DNA of 49,254 nucleotides, the filler included, from Catajapyx aquilonaris (lineage: Eukaryota), in assembly GCA_000934665.2 (NCBI GenBank). It is 3 parts of 3 records of this genome, joined end to end, with 100 filler letters (N's around TTAATTAATTAA, not from the genome) between each part and the next. Parts side by side here need not be neighbours in the genome. Positions count along the whole stretch, not along the records: positions 1 to 16,428 come from JYFJ02007234.1; 2 more parts are not named here. One strand, given 5' to 3'. The notes under the pieces were generated by a model. That model had not been told where the DNA came from. It searched no databases and saw only the letters and a program-made list of their open reading frames with translations. Within the stretch, counting starts at the first letter, position 1, and the number at the start of each line of letters is the position of its first letter. Both the position numbers and the translations under genes were made by a program. Shown here in pieces: positions 1 through 12,744 of the stretch.

Positions 1-117
1 CCCGCCTCGCAAAGCGAGTCATTAATAAATATACCGTCATGTAAAGTAGTAAAATGTTTCATAAATTAATAAGTATAGGCCTAAATGAAATACCAGAACA
101 ACCAGCAGGTTTACTTT

Positions 118-1315
118 AAAGGATGAGGCACAAAATATATGGGCGAGTGGCCTTCCGTTCGATTTGCCTGAAAATGGGATATGTTGTGGCCCAGACCATC
201 CTGATCAATGTTAGATGGGGACATTTCGAGGTAGGATGTAATGGGATTCCCGTTTGACTCATGTTTCACCCCCATTTGTTGTGTGTTGATAAGATATTTG
301 TTGGCCACTACGGTGAGAGCTTGTGGGAGACAGAGAGAAACCAACCACCTGGGAGAGCGGTTATACTCCCGCTCTTGCCTGCCGCTGTATTTTGGTATTT
401 GACCTGACCGTTCACACGGTGTTTGTTAGTAAGGACAATATATTATCTCCACATTGACATCGTTGTGGGACGTTATGTTGGCCACCGCATCACATAGGAC
501 CTACAGGGAGCATGCTAATGACCTCCGAAGGTAATAGGGGGAGTAGTAGACTATATTGCCAATCGGGTGCTCTAACCAACTGAGCTACCAGGAGCTGACA
601 TGGGGAGTTGTAGACTACAATAATCTTGTCTCCAGGAACTCAATGGTTATTGCATTAAATTATATATTAATCTTTATTATCTATTCATCTGGTTCAAATT
701 CTACTCCTTGAAGATTGTCATCTGGAGTTTCTTCCAGCTGCACTTCAACATTCATTGGGTCAATGTAAGGAAGCGAGGTTTCTCTCACAGCAGTCTTCTA
801 GCCTCTTCGATGAATAGCAATTAGCATGCTCCCTGTAAGTCCTACCTCGAAATGCCCCTATCCAACATTGATCAGGATGGTCTGGGCCACGGTCTTAGAA
901 GGAGAGGTCGGGAAACTCGCCGCCATTTTGCGTTCCGTTACTCATTCCCGCCGTGGCGCTGACTGGAGGTGGCCATGATGTGACCTGGATCGTGAACATC
1001 TCCATATTGCGGCCAAAGCTCCAAAGCGCCCGGTGCTCGCCCATCCACGTCTCGAAATTACGCGAGGGGGGTCGCTGATAAACCTAGTAATCGGGAGGAG
1101 GGTCGCTATCGTCGCTATAGTTGTTATGGCGAATGAACGACACGCACAGCGAGATTCCATTGTTTTACTAGCGCCGCTGCGGGAAGGAATAACGGATCGG
1201 CCTTTTCTATTGCGCTGGGATAGAAGTGTCCATGGGCTGGTCTGGGCCATAACATACGTATCCAATTTTCAGGCAAATCGAACGGAAGGCCCATATAGTT
1301 TGTGCCTCCTCCTTT
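118..1315. mobile_element. Palindromic MITE-like element interrupted by two later insertions
   Basis: 118-236 plus 495-520 is the reverse complement of 820-889 plus 1250-1315 (e.g. ggccttccgttcgatttgcctgaaaat vs attttcaggcaaatcgaacggaaggcc). Confidence 0.65.
237..494 (-). mobile_element. Solo LTR, 258 bp
   Basis: Termini TGTAATG...CATCACA; 5-bp TSD TAGGA at 232-236 and 495-499; removing it restores the MITE arm. Strand is tentative. Confidence 0.75.
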
Positions 1316-1435
1316 CTACCTACTACATTTTATAACTATACCGGTACTCCAGTCTTATGTCTAGCTTCCTTGGTTAGTCAGCCAGATCATCTAGAATTCT
1401 AGAACTTCCTCAGTACAGTGCTGGTCACATTAGAC

Positions 1436-1468
1436 CAAGAAATATAGAGTACTACTCTATATTTCTTG
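1436..1468. mobile_element. 33-bp palindromic mini-element with 9-bp TSD
   Basis: caagaaatatagagta-c-tactctatatttcttg flanked by ACATTAGAC at 1427-1435 and 1469-1477. Confidence 0.7.
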
Positions 1469-1968
1469 ACATTAGACGTCTCTACAGTTTTTGTTTTTTT
1501 TTCGTTGGCGACGGCGCGCGTTACCTGGCAACCCCGGCCGGCGGGCCAATTCAAACATCAGCATTTAGTGTTCTTTCCATTGTTGCCACTGTTTACAAAT
1601 AGCGAGTGACGCGGACAACCCAACGACGGTCTGTGCCTGCTTCCACAGTATATGCAGGGTTACGCAGAAAAAAACTGGAAAATAATGATATTAGAAGCAA
1701 GCCAGGAAAATGTTCCCTGGATTCAAACAAAGGTTTTCGTCCACAGCACACGAAATAATTATATTCCATACCTGAGGAAGGGGTGTCAATAATTAAGATC
1801 AGGGGTGTGCTAATTGAAAGTGCGCCAAGTGACGGATTCTTATTCTTTCGGTTTTTGTGTCTTTTCCGCGTAATTCGACACCTCTAAGACGGATGGAGAC
1901 CATGCCCCGGGTATAGTCACTGAGTCAGTCCCCAAAGACGTCTTATTTCAGAATGGCCTCCGCATATA

Positions 1969-2057
1969 CGAGTACGTGTCATTTGCGTCATATTCGCGCC
2001 AGGAAGAGGTACGGTACCTCTTCCTGGCGCGAATATGACGCGACTGACACGTACTCG
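1969..2057. mobile_element. Hairpin MITE with TA flanks (Tc1/mariner-type)
   Basis: Near-perfect palindrome cgagtacgtgtca...ggaagaggtac / gtacctcttcc...tgacacgtactcg with TA on both sides. Confidence 0.65.
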
Positions 2058-2142
2058 TATGGTGGGCAATGCAGTACAAGTTGTAACTGGCAGTGTTGCC
2101 ATTACTTGGAGACGCTTACTGATGACTGGGAACAATATTATT

Positions 2143-2143
<1 letters not shown>

Positions 2144-2210
<67 letters not shown>

Positions 2211-2543
2211 TAATAATAATCCTGGGGGTAGTGCTTGACCTTACGGTATTCAGCACGGACCTTTATTGTGTCGTCGTACAATTTTGGAACCTTTTTGCGA
2301 AGCGCCCGGGCCCACGGGCAGGATGACAGGAGGGGATGTGCAAGGTGCAGTGCAATGTCGTAGCTGTGGTCATTTTGTGAACTCCCCCGGGTGGCTTAGT
2401 CTGTTGGAAATACCACCCGAAACGAAGCCAGAGATGACCCCGAACTCTGCACGAGATGAAGGGGGTGTCCCCGGGCTGGGATCGAACCCGGGACCTTAAC
2501 ATCCGTGGGTGCATACGTTACCGCAGCGCCACTCCATCTCCCC
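2144..2543 (-). mobile_element. tRNA-derived SINE family A with (TTA)n tail
   Basis: A box gtggcgctgcggt, B box gggttcgatccc; homologous to 15362-15659 and 14303-14375; (AAT)n at 2144-2220 on + is its tail. Confidence 0.85.
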
Positions 2544-3402
2544 TCAATATTATTTATTGTTGCATATTGGAATAGCTTTCGTGGCACTCTTTGGCTTAAC
2601 TGCAGCCGAAGCCAAACTTGGATGGCACAGTTTTAGCTAACCCTCAATTCCGGCACTCAGGCCTTAAAAAGCTGCAAGATTTTTTTAAAGAATCAACAAC
2701 ATCCTCTCTTCTGCCAGCCAGCTTTTCGGAAAGGAGATATTGAAGTGGCTGTAAGACATTTTTATGTTTCGTAAATTTTGATTGAAAATTTGAAATGGAA
2801 GGACTGAAAAAAGTAATACACTGTATACTGATCTCCTGTATAGTATTCCTCTATGCTGTTTGCAGGAATATTGCTTCGCAAGTTCTGCCTGCTGGTTGTT
2901 CTTGGCTTTATTATTGGAATCGCAAGATTAAAGCCTATATTCTCACTGGCACTTTTGAAATGAAAAAAAAAATAGAACGAAAGAATCTTCAGCACTGTTT
3001 TGCATTTCTTGGAAGGAGTCCCTAAAATACACAATGAACACACGTCTTGTCATTGTCCCGGACAATACACAAAAGAAGGGATAGCATGAAAGCTTTCTGC
3101 AGGGTATAACTATTAAAAACAATTTCAGATCTGCATATCGCAATTGAAAGGAGTTCTGCTTAGGTGGCTGTAGTATAGTTTTGTAGTTGCAAGTTCACAA
3201 AAAATCCCAAAGTATTGCCAACATTAGCGGGTTTTCGATCATTCTGGAGCCGTGCTTCCTAATCATTTTCGTTGGCGACCTCAGAAAATAGTTTCGCAAA
3301 ATTCGTGACCCCAACTTATTCTAATTGGCCCCCCCCCCGCGGTGGTAGTGAATTACAATAATCACTAAATTAACACATCTTCTCGTTTACGGTCAAATTT
3401 TT

Positions 3403-3404
<2 letters not shown>

Positions 3405-3460
<56 letters not shown>
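3405..3460. repeat. (GA)n microsatellite
   Basis: Seen directly; a (TC)n tract is also at 6841-6882. Confidence 0.95.
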
Positions 3461-3463
<3 letters not shown>

Positions 3464-6400
3464 CAATTTGTAAAAATAACTATAGTTACCCTCGCGACCC
3501 CAAAACGGGGTGGGGGTGGGGAGAGAGAGAACAGTGCAAAATTGCAATTTTCTAAAGTTTTTTCCAATTTTCTTCTTCGTGTTTTTGGGTCCGCTTGGGT
3601 ATAGCTTGAGGGATCGAATTCTGAGAAGGAAGGTCTCATTTAGGGGTAAGCTCGAAATACACAGTGCTTGCTATAGCTAAATGCGACAAGGTCGCGTTTG
3701 AATTCAATAAAATGACGGAAGACCCACGCATCCTTCTTTGTCGCATACGGAATCCCTATACGTGTCTCCACCTACGCATGTACTATACTCTACAAGTCTA
3801 CATCCCTGTGACACATTGGAAGCTTCTCGGGCATTCTCAGAAGTAGCCTGTAGCCTGTAGCCAGAGCACATGGGAAGCCGAAAAAGTAACCGCCAAAATA
3901 ACTGATCAAAAATATGCGGCTTATAGTAAAAAATCGCTAACCACACGAAGAGCATTTCAATAGGAACACCTTGAACTTAGTTACAATACAATATGCACAG
4001 TGTAAAAGTCTATTGTTATTTTACACTCGATGGGAAGTAATTACCGGTACACATTATTGGGCGAACATACATATTTTCATTTATGAGATCATGCCACACG
4101 TTCAAGCAAAACATTTTGTGCTACGCAGTGGCATAATGCAGTTATGATAATCCCGCTATGGAATTGGCATTTTCATTTTCACAAATGTGATGAATGTGGT
4201 GGGCTGTGTAGCCTGTGTGAGGCTGCTGGTGCGATTCAACATTAGAAAGAGTGCAAATTCAGTTGAAACTACGCTGTGCACTAATACGATATCTTCAGGG
4301 TCGGAGAGAGCCACCGCACCGTGGCGTGGGCTCCCAACATCATTCTGGGTATATTAGTATAGTCAAGTACACTTCTGGGTATATTAGTATAGTCAAGTAC
4401 ACTTCTGATTATATTTTTCCTTTTTTTTCTCCTTCATATATCTATCTCCACATACATTACTTATATTCAAGTACTCTCACCCGAATATTATCGTGGCCAC
4501 ACTCGTATTTTCTTATGGAAAAGTGGTCACTATAATATTCGGCTGATAGTAAGTTAAACCATATACAGTGCACTTTGCGAGGTGCTGATGTACTACGTTA
4601 TCGCCTTTGGCTGTCAAAAAGGCAAAAACAAAATTAATCCCGGAGAGGAGCTTCATTGATTTCATGTCCCGTTTACAGGAGCACGTTCTTACACACCTGC
4701 CACGGCTATATCTACAAGTAGGACTACATAAGTCGTTTCATTAGCTATGACTATAAGAGCCAGGATTTTTAGTCACTAAAAAGCCTCAAATAGCACAAGA
4801 ATTTTACTTTTGCGGGCGTATGGAGGATAATTTTACATACCGGTAATATAAAAATAGCCAGAATAATTTTATAGACCTAAAACCTCAAATATAAATAAAT
4901 ATAAGGTCACAAACTATATAGCAAAAACCGAATATCGATAAACTGACAGGAAATCACGAAACTTCCGGGCAAAAGACACAAAGTGCAAGCAAGTATCACT
5001 TGCTCTGGACTCTACCGCTTATAGACAGTTTCCACTTTCACAACATGTTGCCAAATATTTGTCTAAATTTTCCTCGGCTGATTCTACGCGTCACGGAAAC
5101 ATGATTCGTGTATCTTATTTCTGGGGATTTTGGTCCTTCCAGGAGCACAACAAATACTCCTCAATAAACAAAACAAAAAAAAACATGCCTTTGAAGGAAT
5201 AAGGTCCTGAATAGGCCCAAAAAGTCCGGAAATTGCTGCAAAAAGTTCAAAAACTATCCCAAAAAAGGCCAAATAGGCATGAAAAGTCGCAAAAAGTCAT
5301 AATAGGAAAAATAGTTCCCAAAACCACGAAATATGCCATTTTAGGCACTATAAGACCTACATTTTCCACATCCTTCACTTACGAAACGGATCTCTTCTCT
5401 TTCAAAACTATCCCAACTGCAAAGGAACTAAATAGGCATTTGCCTAAAAATCCGGCGGACTCTTGCGATGACATGCCAATGATGCAATGGGAATGATTGC
5501 TAACACTGCTAACATTTTCAATTTCCAATTATCAGTCAATCTCATTCAATTTTTAGTCAATTCATTTCAATGCATTCCATTGCTCCCATTCGCTCTATTC
5601 TCACTCATCTATTTCATGTCATTTGTCATTTCTTATTGAACACGTATCATTATCTGGAATCTTCGCTTTCCATGTTCTATCAATCAAATTTCTTCATTCA
5701 TTGCAGCTTAATTGACTCACTGTTCATGTCTCATTCACCCCCTCTCTATTTTCTCATTCAGCTCGCATTCATCTTAATTCCAATAGCCTGCCTTTAATTT
5801 CCGTGCAATTCCATCATTCACGTCCCTTCTCCAGTAAATTGAACTCTATTTCACGGAATAAAGTAATTTGCAAATTACGGGTTCCATATAGAAATGAATG
5901 GGACACATCATTTTTTAATCAATACTGTATGAGAATACAACTACGCAGTAGGGTTACAATGTACTGCATTGATGATGCCATGGATGTTATCAATAGACAG
6001 AAGAAAGTCAACCTTGGGCCAGTAAACTTGCACTTGGACTCCCCAAAGATATAGATTAAATCAGGACTGTAATGCAATATGATGTTATCCATGTATACAG
6101 TATTAGTTGGGCACATACGTATAGTGCAGGATTCACAAGGGTACTTTACATTCCTTGGAGTATAAAGCCTGGGCATGTAAAATTATCGGAGAATTTTCCC
6201 ACTTTAAATCAAGTAGCCTACAGTAGCCTATATGTAATTTCACACCTCAATTACGTTGAACCATAGTAACAAAACCATAATAACTATTATGGTCAAAAGC
6301 GTTACCTTTCACGATTGGAGTGTAAAATTTTATACTGGAGCTGATTTAGTAAATATGGTAGTTCATTATCAAATTGGCCCGAATGTGTACATTTAATTGC

Positions 6401-6479
6401 TGGAATCAATTGAATCTATTCAAATCAAATGAATTGCCGTAAGTAATGCATTTTATGGCGTCACCTTTCATGTGCTGCC

Positions 6480-6619
6480 CCAAGATGAATCGCCCGATGC
6501 CCGAGACCAGTAAGGGCGAAAGTCGCTGCACTCTTCCCCCCTAGGACAGTGGGGATCTGTGCAGGTTCTACAGGCGACTTTCGCCCTTGCAGGTCTGGGC
6601 ATCGGCCGATTCACCTTGG
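6480..6619. mobile_element. Hairpin MITE-like inverted repeat
   Basis: Arms of about 46 bp: ccaagatgaatcgcccgatgccc...aagggcgaaagtcgc / gcgactttcgcccttg...gggcatcggccgattcaccttgg. Confidence 0.6.
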
Positions 6620-6839
6620 AGCGGCATAAAAGTGTATAAACCCTAAGATGAAATTCAGATTTTGCTAAGTAGGCTACTAGTAGGAGTATCCATGACCAAA
6701 ATTTCAAATTATTTGAAATAACAATGTTCGAGATATTTGGCCTTGAAATCCGGAATTTTCGGAATTTCCCCAATCTCGGACCTAAAAAATCAGCCCGGAG
6801 TTGGGAGGGAGGTCGCTTCGATGCTGCTGCTTGCTGTGC

Positions 6840-6884
<45 letters not shown>

Positions 6885-7179
6885 GTCCACCTGTAAAATA
6901 CTATTTAATAAAAGTATTATAACTATTATAAAAGTATTATGAACCGCCTAGCGTAGCGAGTCCTTACTATGTTCATATAATGCCTGTGGATCTATTCGCC
7001 GCGCCGTTTAGGACAGATTTGTCTCCAAAAATTTTGACTTCATAAAAGTGTTTTCGTTGCTTCATATTATTTATACAGGGTTCGGAAATTTAATCTACCG
7101 TACCTTCACTTTCAGGGATGGTAGGGTTCTAGACGATCATGGGTCTCCGAAGCATAGTTCCCGAGATAATTCGCATTAA

Positions 7180-7394
7180 ATAATAGTAGGAGCGGCTAAT
7201 CTGACGATTGTGGTTTTTATTGCTATTGTATTTTTTGCGTCCGCTGTCTTTCACTGTTTGTTTGTTTATTTATTTTTTCTTGCTTCTGTTACTGTTTGTC
7301 AAGAAGGGGATGGCACAGATACGAAAAACCAATGTAAATCAGTACAGTTCCCCCCACCCCCCCCAAGTACGGGGTACCTAAATAAATAAATAAA
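7180..7394 (+). mobile_element. 5'-truncated retro-insertion (LINE 3' end) with (TAAA)n tail
   Basis: 14-bp direct repeat ATAATTCGCATTAA at 7166-7179 and 7395-7408; ends in taaataaataaataaa. Confidence 0.6.
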
Positions 7395-7408
7395 ATAATT
7401 CGCATTAA

Positions 7409-7737
7409 CCCTGGAACCCTGACGTGCCTGAAAGTTACGGCAACCGTGACGTGGGGTCTTTTAGGACCCCATCCCTATTTTAATTTTTATTAATCTTTAT
7501 AGAATACTTTTCAATGTATTGACTAGAGGGTTATCACGGGGTATAAAAAAACGCAAAAATATGTATTGACTATATGCAATCACTCTTTGAACAATGCCTA
7601 AAATGATCGCTAATTCAAAATAAACATGCACTTCCTGTTATATACTTTTTTAAATGGCAAAGGTTCATTGTAATTATCATTTTAATGCATTTTATTTCAT
7701 TCGTGGTCCTAAAAGACCCCATGTCACGGTTCCAGGG
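7409..7737. mobile_element. piggyBac-type non-autonomous element
   Basis: TTAA TSD at 7405-7408 and 7738-7741; TIR CCCTGGAACC; subterminal inverted repeat ggggtcttttaggacc / ggtcctaaaagacccc. Confidence 0.8.
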
Positions 7738-8182
7738 TTAAATAAAAAGTGGATTACACCAGCTTCTGTTTCGGATACAACCTACAACACTTCCATCGCC
7801 TAGGGCCCTAGGCCACTGTCTGCTATGCCTAATGGGATTGCATTTTAAATTTAAATTGAATTGTTTAGCCAAATTAAATGGTAGATTCGATGGTAGATTC
7901 GAGAAGTCCAAAGGGCTCGGGCAAGATCTGCGCTCCCATTGGCGGCTAGGTCATCACAGATGGTTGCTTCCTAAGTGCTCATTAGCTTCACTGGGAGAAT
8001 TGCAATTTGTACTACAGGTGCAAGAGGTTTATATATTATTTCACTCACCTGTTTCTGGGAGGCCCTTTTGTATCTTGTTAACTCCTTGACTGCATCAACA
8101 TACCATGTGAAGTATCACTGGATCATCATACTGACAAAAAAAATGACACAAAGTAGATGTTCTTCCTGGCAGACACACTTTC

Positions 8183-10683
8183 TAGTGGGGAGGTTAAGGA
8201 CTTTTACCTTGCATTTTGTGATTAAAGCATGCCACTTGGCACATATGTCACTTGGACCTATGTGAGCCGATTTAGAGTTGTTGCCCAGTTGGGGGGTCAT
8301 GCAGGGGGGGGGGGGGGGTCATTTTCCCAAAAAAGGGGGGGTCATACGTGGCACCAACAGATTTCGGTCAAATTCTTCCAATTTTTTATATGTTGTGGGC
8401 AACGACATCCTGATCATTTTTTGTCTCTGGAAAAAAGTCCTAACTATAATAGGTCAAAGGTTAGAGGTCAGCGAAATTCGGAAAATCGTTCCCTTATAAC
8501 CCCATATAAACAGCACATCGATGGATAGGTGTCGTGCAGAGGATTCAGAAAAACATATACACATGACCTCTGTGACCTACAGATCCAAGGTTATTGACCT
8601 GTGTGTGAGGTCACAAATATGTGTTATTTGATAACCCAGTCACCCCACTCGTGTAGTCGTGTCATATATCGATCGATAGGTCTATTCAAGAAGGTTAAGA
8701 AAATCATGTTGTGGTTGAACATAACTAATTTAAAATGTGGAATCGTGTCCTTTCAAGTTACAGCATAAGGAAGAAAAAAATCCAAAAGAACCGCGCAGGA
8801 AGTCCTTTTTCTGTTATTCTATGCGATGTCTTCGGCAAATATGGCTGGAAAATATTCTAGTAAGTATTTATGTCGCTAGTCGACCATCGTCCACCCCTTA
8901 AGCTGCCGACTGCTCCTACGGTATCAGTGAAAATTCTGGATGGCGCCGCGGTTGTCCACATGCTTAGCCCTAGTCACCGAACGTTTTACTCTGCCCTGCA
9001 TATATGCTGACATGGTCGTCTTGCCATTCTTAGGTAGAGAACTGTCAAATGCGATGAGGCTGGATTTGGTGTGGAATAGGTATTACTCTGACAGTTTGAA
9101 AAACGCCGAGAGAGAGAAGCGTGGTTCTGGGATGCGAACTCGGGTCAGTGGTCCCACGAAAATTCCTAGAAGCTGGGCCAATTTTCTTCGCGACTGTGCA
9201 AACAAAGAAGAACTATTTCATATGCTAGCGACCCATGCACATTGTATGGACATCGATAACGGGAAGGAATTCTACACCACTGATGGAGAGTTTGTCCTGA
9301 GCAACACAACGCGTGACATAACGGGTTCCCTGGCACCTTGCAATCATGAAGAGGCAGACACCAGGATCATGGTACACATTGCCGATGCTGTGGGTCAGGG
9401 TCATAGGAAGTTTATGATTCGCACGGTAGACACTGATGTTGTCGTGTTGGCCGTGGCGTGCCTGCCCAAGCTGTCCGATCTTGAAAAATTGTGGGTGCAC
9501 ATATAGGCACCGGAAAAAAGTCACCACTACATTGCATGTCATGTTATTGCAGATTCACTCGGTAAAAATAATCAGTTTTACTTCTGTGCCTTTCTTGATT
9601 TACTTATCTCGGCATTGCGCAGGTATGAAACGCATTCTAATAATTTTTTTCGCAGGCCCTGGAAAGGCGGACGTCTTGCCATTGTTCCATTCCTTTACAG
9701 GATGCGACACTGTGTCGGCATTTAACGGCAGGGGAAAAAATAGCGCTTTCGAAGCGTTTCAGGCATTACCTAATGCTACTGATGGATTTAAAGCAGCTGC
9801 AGAGGGTAAAATCAACGAAGCCAGCCCCATACTACAGAGATTTGTAATAACGCTGTATACGACAGGTGGTTACAAATTGTGCTTCCAGGTTGAAAAAAAA
9901 GGTGACCATGTAATATAACGTTTCTTCTCCTCGTCAGATCTAGTCCCTGCACAACTGTCAATGAGTGCAGAAAGTACTTGTTCACGAAGAAAGACAGGCA
10001 GCTGGAGAATATTCCACCAACCATATTAGCCGAAGACGTCGCATAGAATAACAGAAAAAGGACTTCCAGCGCGGTTCTTTTGGATTTTTTTTCTTCCTTA
10101 TGCTGTAACTTGAAAGGACACGATTCCACATTTTAAATTAGTTATGTTCAACCACAACATGATTTTCTTAACCTTCTTGAATAGACCTATCGATCGATAT
10201 ATGACACGAGTGGGGTGACTGGGTTATCAAATAACACATTTGTGACCTCACACACAGGTCAATAACCTTGGATCTGTAGGTCACAGAGGTCATGTGTATA
10301 TGTTTTTCTGAATCCTCTGCACGACACCTATCCATCGATGTAATGTTTATATGGGGTTATAAGGGAACGATTTTCCGAATTTCGCTGACCTCTAACCTTT
10401 GACCTATTATAGTTATGACTTTTTTCCAGAGACAAAAAATGATCAGGATGTCGTTGCCCACAACATATAAAAAATTGGAAGAATTTGACCGAAATCTGTT
10501 GGTGCCACGTATGACCCCCCCTTTTTGGGGAAAATGACCCCCCCCCCCCCCCTGCATGACCCCCCAACTGGGCAACAACTCTAAATCGGCTCACATAGGT
10601 CCAAGTGACATATGTGCCAAGTGGCATGCTTTAATCACAAAGTGCAAGGTACCCCCCAAAATCGCTCCTTAACCGCCCTACTA
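8183..10683 (+). mobile_element. Academ-type DNA transposon, internally deleted
   Basis: TAG...CTA termini, 3-bp TSD TTC, inverted repeats of about 670 bp (8183-8857 / about 10007-10683), internal XPG/PIN-like coding remnant. Confidence 0.8.
8940..10046 (+). pseudogene. Spliced, frameshifted XPG/FEN1-like nuclease domain of an Academ transposase
   Basis: Motifs CNHEEADTRIMVH, IRTVDTDVVVL, FHSFTGCDTVSAFNGRGK, VNECRKYLF...ENIPPT; GT-AG introns at 9562-9655 and 9866-9937; small frameshifts near 9503, 9518 and 9857. Confidence 0.75.
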
Positions 10684-12744
10684 TTCCTCCTGCTAGATGG
10701 TAAGAAGGTTAAAGAAGGCCAGGCTGAGTGTAGTATAATGGAAGTGCGCGAAACTCAATTTGTGTCATTTGGTGGGTTAGGGCAGTATTGCACCGACCCC
10801 TTCAAATGTCCAAGAGTCTTCCCTTCACAGTCGAGAACATTTCCTTAACTTGCACTAGATAAAAAATTCTTTGTCATTTTACCAAGGGATGGGTTTTAAC
10901 TATTTGTCTTATACCCTTGAAAATCATGTAAATGTGAGAAGCAGCCATCACTTTAAATCAATGGCAAAGTGTCATTGCCACCTGTTGTTATTTGCAAGAG
11001 AACAGCACCTGTGACTGCCACTCCTCGGGCCGCCTCACAAGTGGCCACTTCAGTTGCGAGCCACAGCCACTGCCCACTGCAGTCGCTCGGGTCCAGCACT
11101 GCAGTTGCTCGAGTCAGCCACTGCAGTGGGGCAGACACTCACCACAGCAGGTGGGCCAGATTCAGTATGGCAACCAGTGAAGACTGAAGAACATAATTAT
11201 TATTATATGGCTTGATATGCACTATTGCTACTCCTTCTATTGAAAAGGAAGAAAAAGTGCAGGCAAAACAGGAAAATTCATGTTCATACTTTGCTCGAAA
11301 GGTTGTTGACAAGACTGTACCATACACTATTCCAAGATCTGCGGCAAGATCATTATTTTTTTTTTACCCCTGGTATTTTCGGCAACTGATACATCCCAAA
11401 TACTGGTATGGGCCTCGACTTCTGATATAAAATCTCCAACATAATTGCACAATCCACGGTGGTAAACTGCCCTTTCCTCGTGGCATGAACCAGCATGGAC
11501 ATATTTATGACTGGGCCTGTGGAGGGCGCGAGTGGCCTGTGGCTGTGGCTCCTTGTGCATGCATCAATGCAAAGCAATGGTCCGCTACCTAGTGGCCTGT
11601 GGCCTTGAGAGCTTGTAGGAGCAAAGACGCTACACTCAGTCGCAAGGCTGAGCAACTCCCAAGCCACTCTGGGCCCACAGACGCCTACCCACCCTCGCCA
11701 CTGCTGTGGCCACGTGTGAATGCTCTCATTCAATCCTGTGTATTTCTACAAGTGGCCAGTTGCTGTAGGGCGTGTCTGCCTCAAAAAGTGGCCCGTGTGA
11801 ATCAGCACTTAAACTTGCAGAGGGGTGGGGGGGGGGGGGTTGTGTGTGAAGGGAGAGAGAGAATTATTTACTGAACACTGCATAAAAACCCACATCAAAT
11901 CAATATTGAGAGGCTACATTTCCAAATACAACTTTATAACACCATATTACATCAGATCATCTTACATTGTTGGTTTACAGCCTTTTTGAACACAAGTTTC
12001 ACTAAGAATATGGATATCACCACACACTTAAAATCTAAATAACATCTCTGAATAGATCTCCGTATAGATTCATGCTTATTCCTGAGCTGAGAGCCAGGAA
12101 TAATGCGAGGCAGCTGCACTGACAACATAGGGCGCTAGCAGGGGGCATAGTGGTATTCCATTGGCCAGCCATGAGGGAGGCCATGGTTTAAAATCCCGCC
12201 CCCATCACCTTCACTTACTCAGGTCCTTTTGCGCTTATAATTACTAATTAGCTACCCGTGGAAACAAACATTCTCCCCATTCCAGTACATGATACATATA
12301 ACAATCGGAAAAGTTCATGCTACATCCCCTCCCCCCAAGGGGTGAGAGCACTACCCAGTTTATCATTACTTAGAAATAGTTTATCTTGTACTTGCATTTT
12401 TTCAAACCCCAATAAATGGCTTCTGTAAGCAGCAGAGGCAAATAAAAGTTCATTTCTGTTGCACAGTGTAATACTAATTAATTGCAGCTCTAGTTACAAG
12501 TTTCTGAATTAAATCCTGCCAGGGGGGGGGGGGGGGTGTTGATTGTAGCAAAAAGTGAACTTAAAAAAGTTATTGATATTTATCATGGCAAGCATAGGGA
12601 TTATTTTACCCATCTCCGGATATCATCTTTTGTGACATGCATATTAATGCTCCTTACTGCATACATGTGGCTCCTTACTATTCTTTTTAAATAGATGTGC
12701 GGGCATTTCAGGAATGTTGCGCCTTCTCTGTTTACTGCACATGC

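Larger units (their letters stand above)
1880..3150 (-). pseudogene. Decayed hAT-family transposase C-terminal region including dimerisation domain
   Basis: Minus-strand fragments KPRTTSRQNLRSNIPANSIEEYY, KPKSATKAIPICN and FPVISKRLQVMATLPVTTCTA...IRRL follow the hAT C-terminal pattern; broken by stops, a SINE and a MITE. Confidence 0.7.

Noticed and set aside
2035..2238. Poly-Asn ORF
   Set aside because: (AAT)n tail of a SINE.
10950..11830. GC-richer stretch with short ORFs and a possible minus-strand mini-exon
   Set aside because: No recognisable domain and no consistent exon chain.
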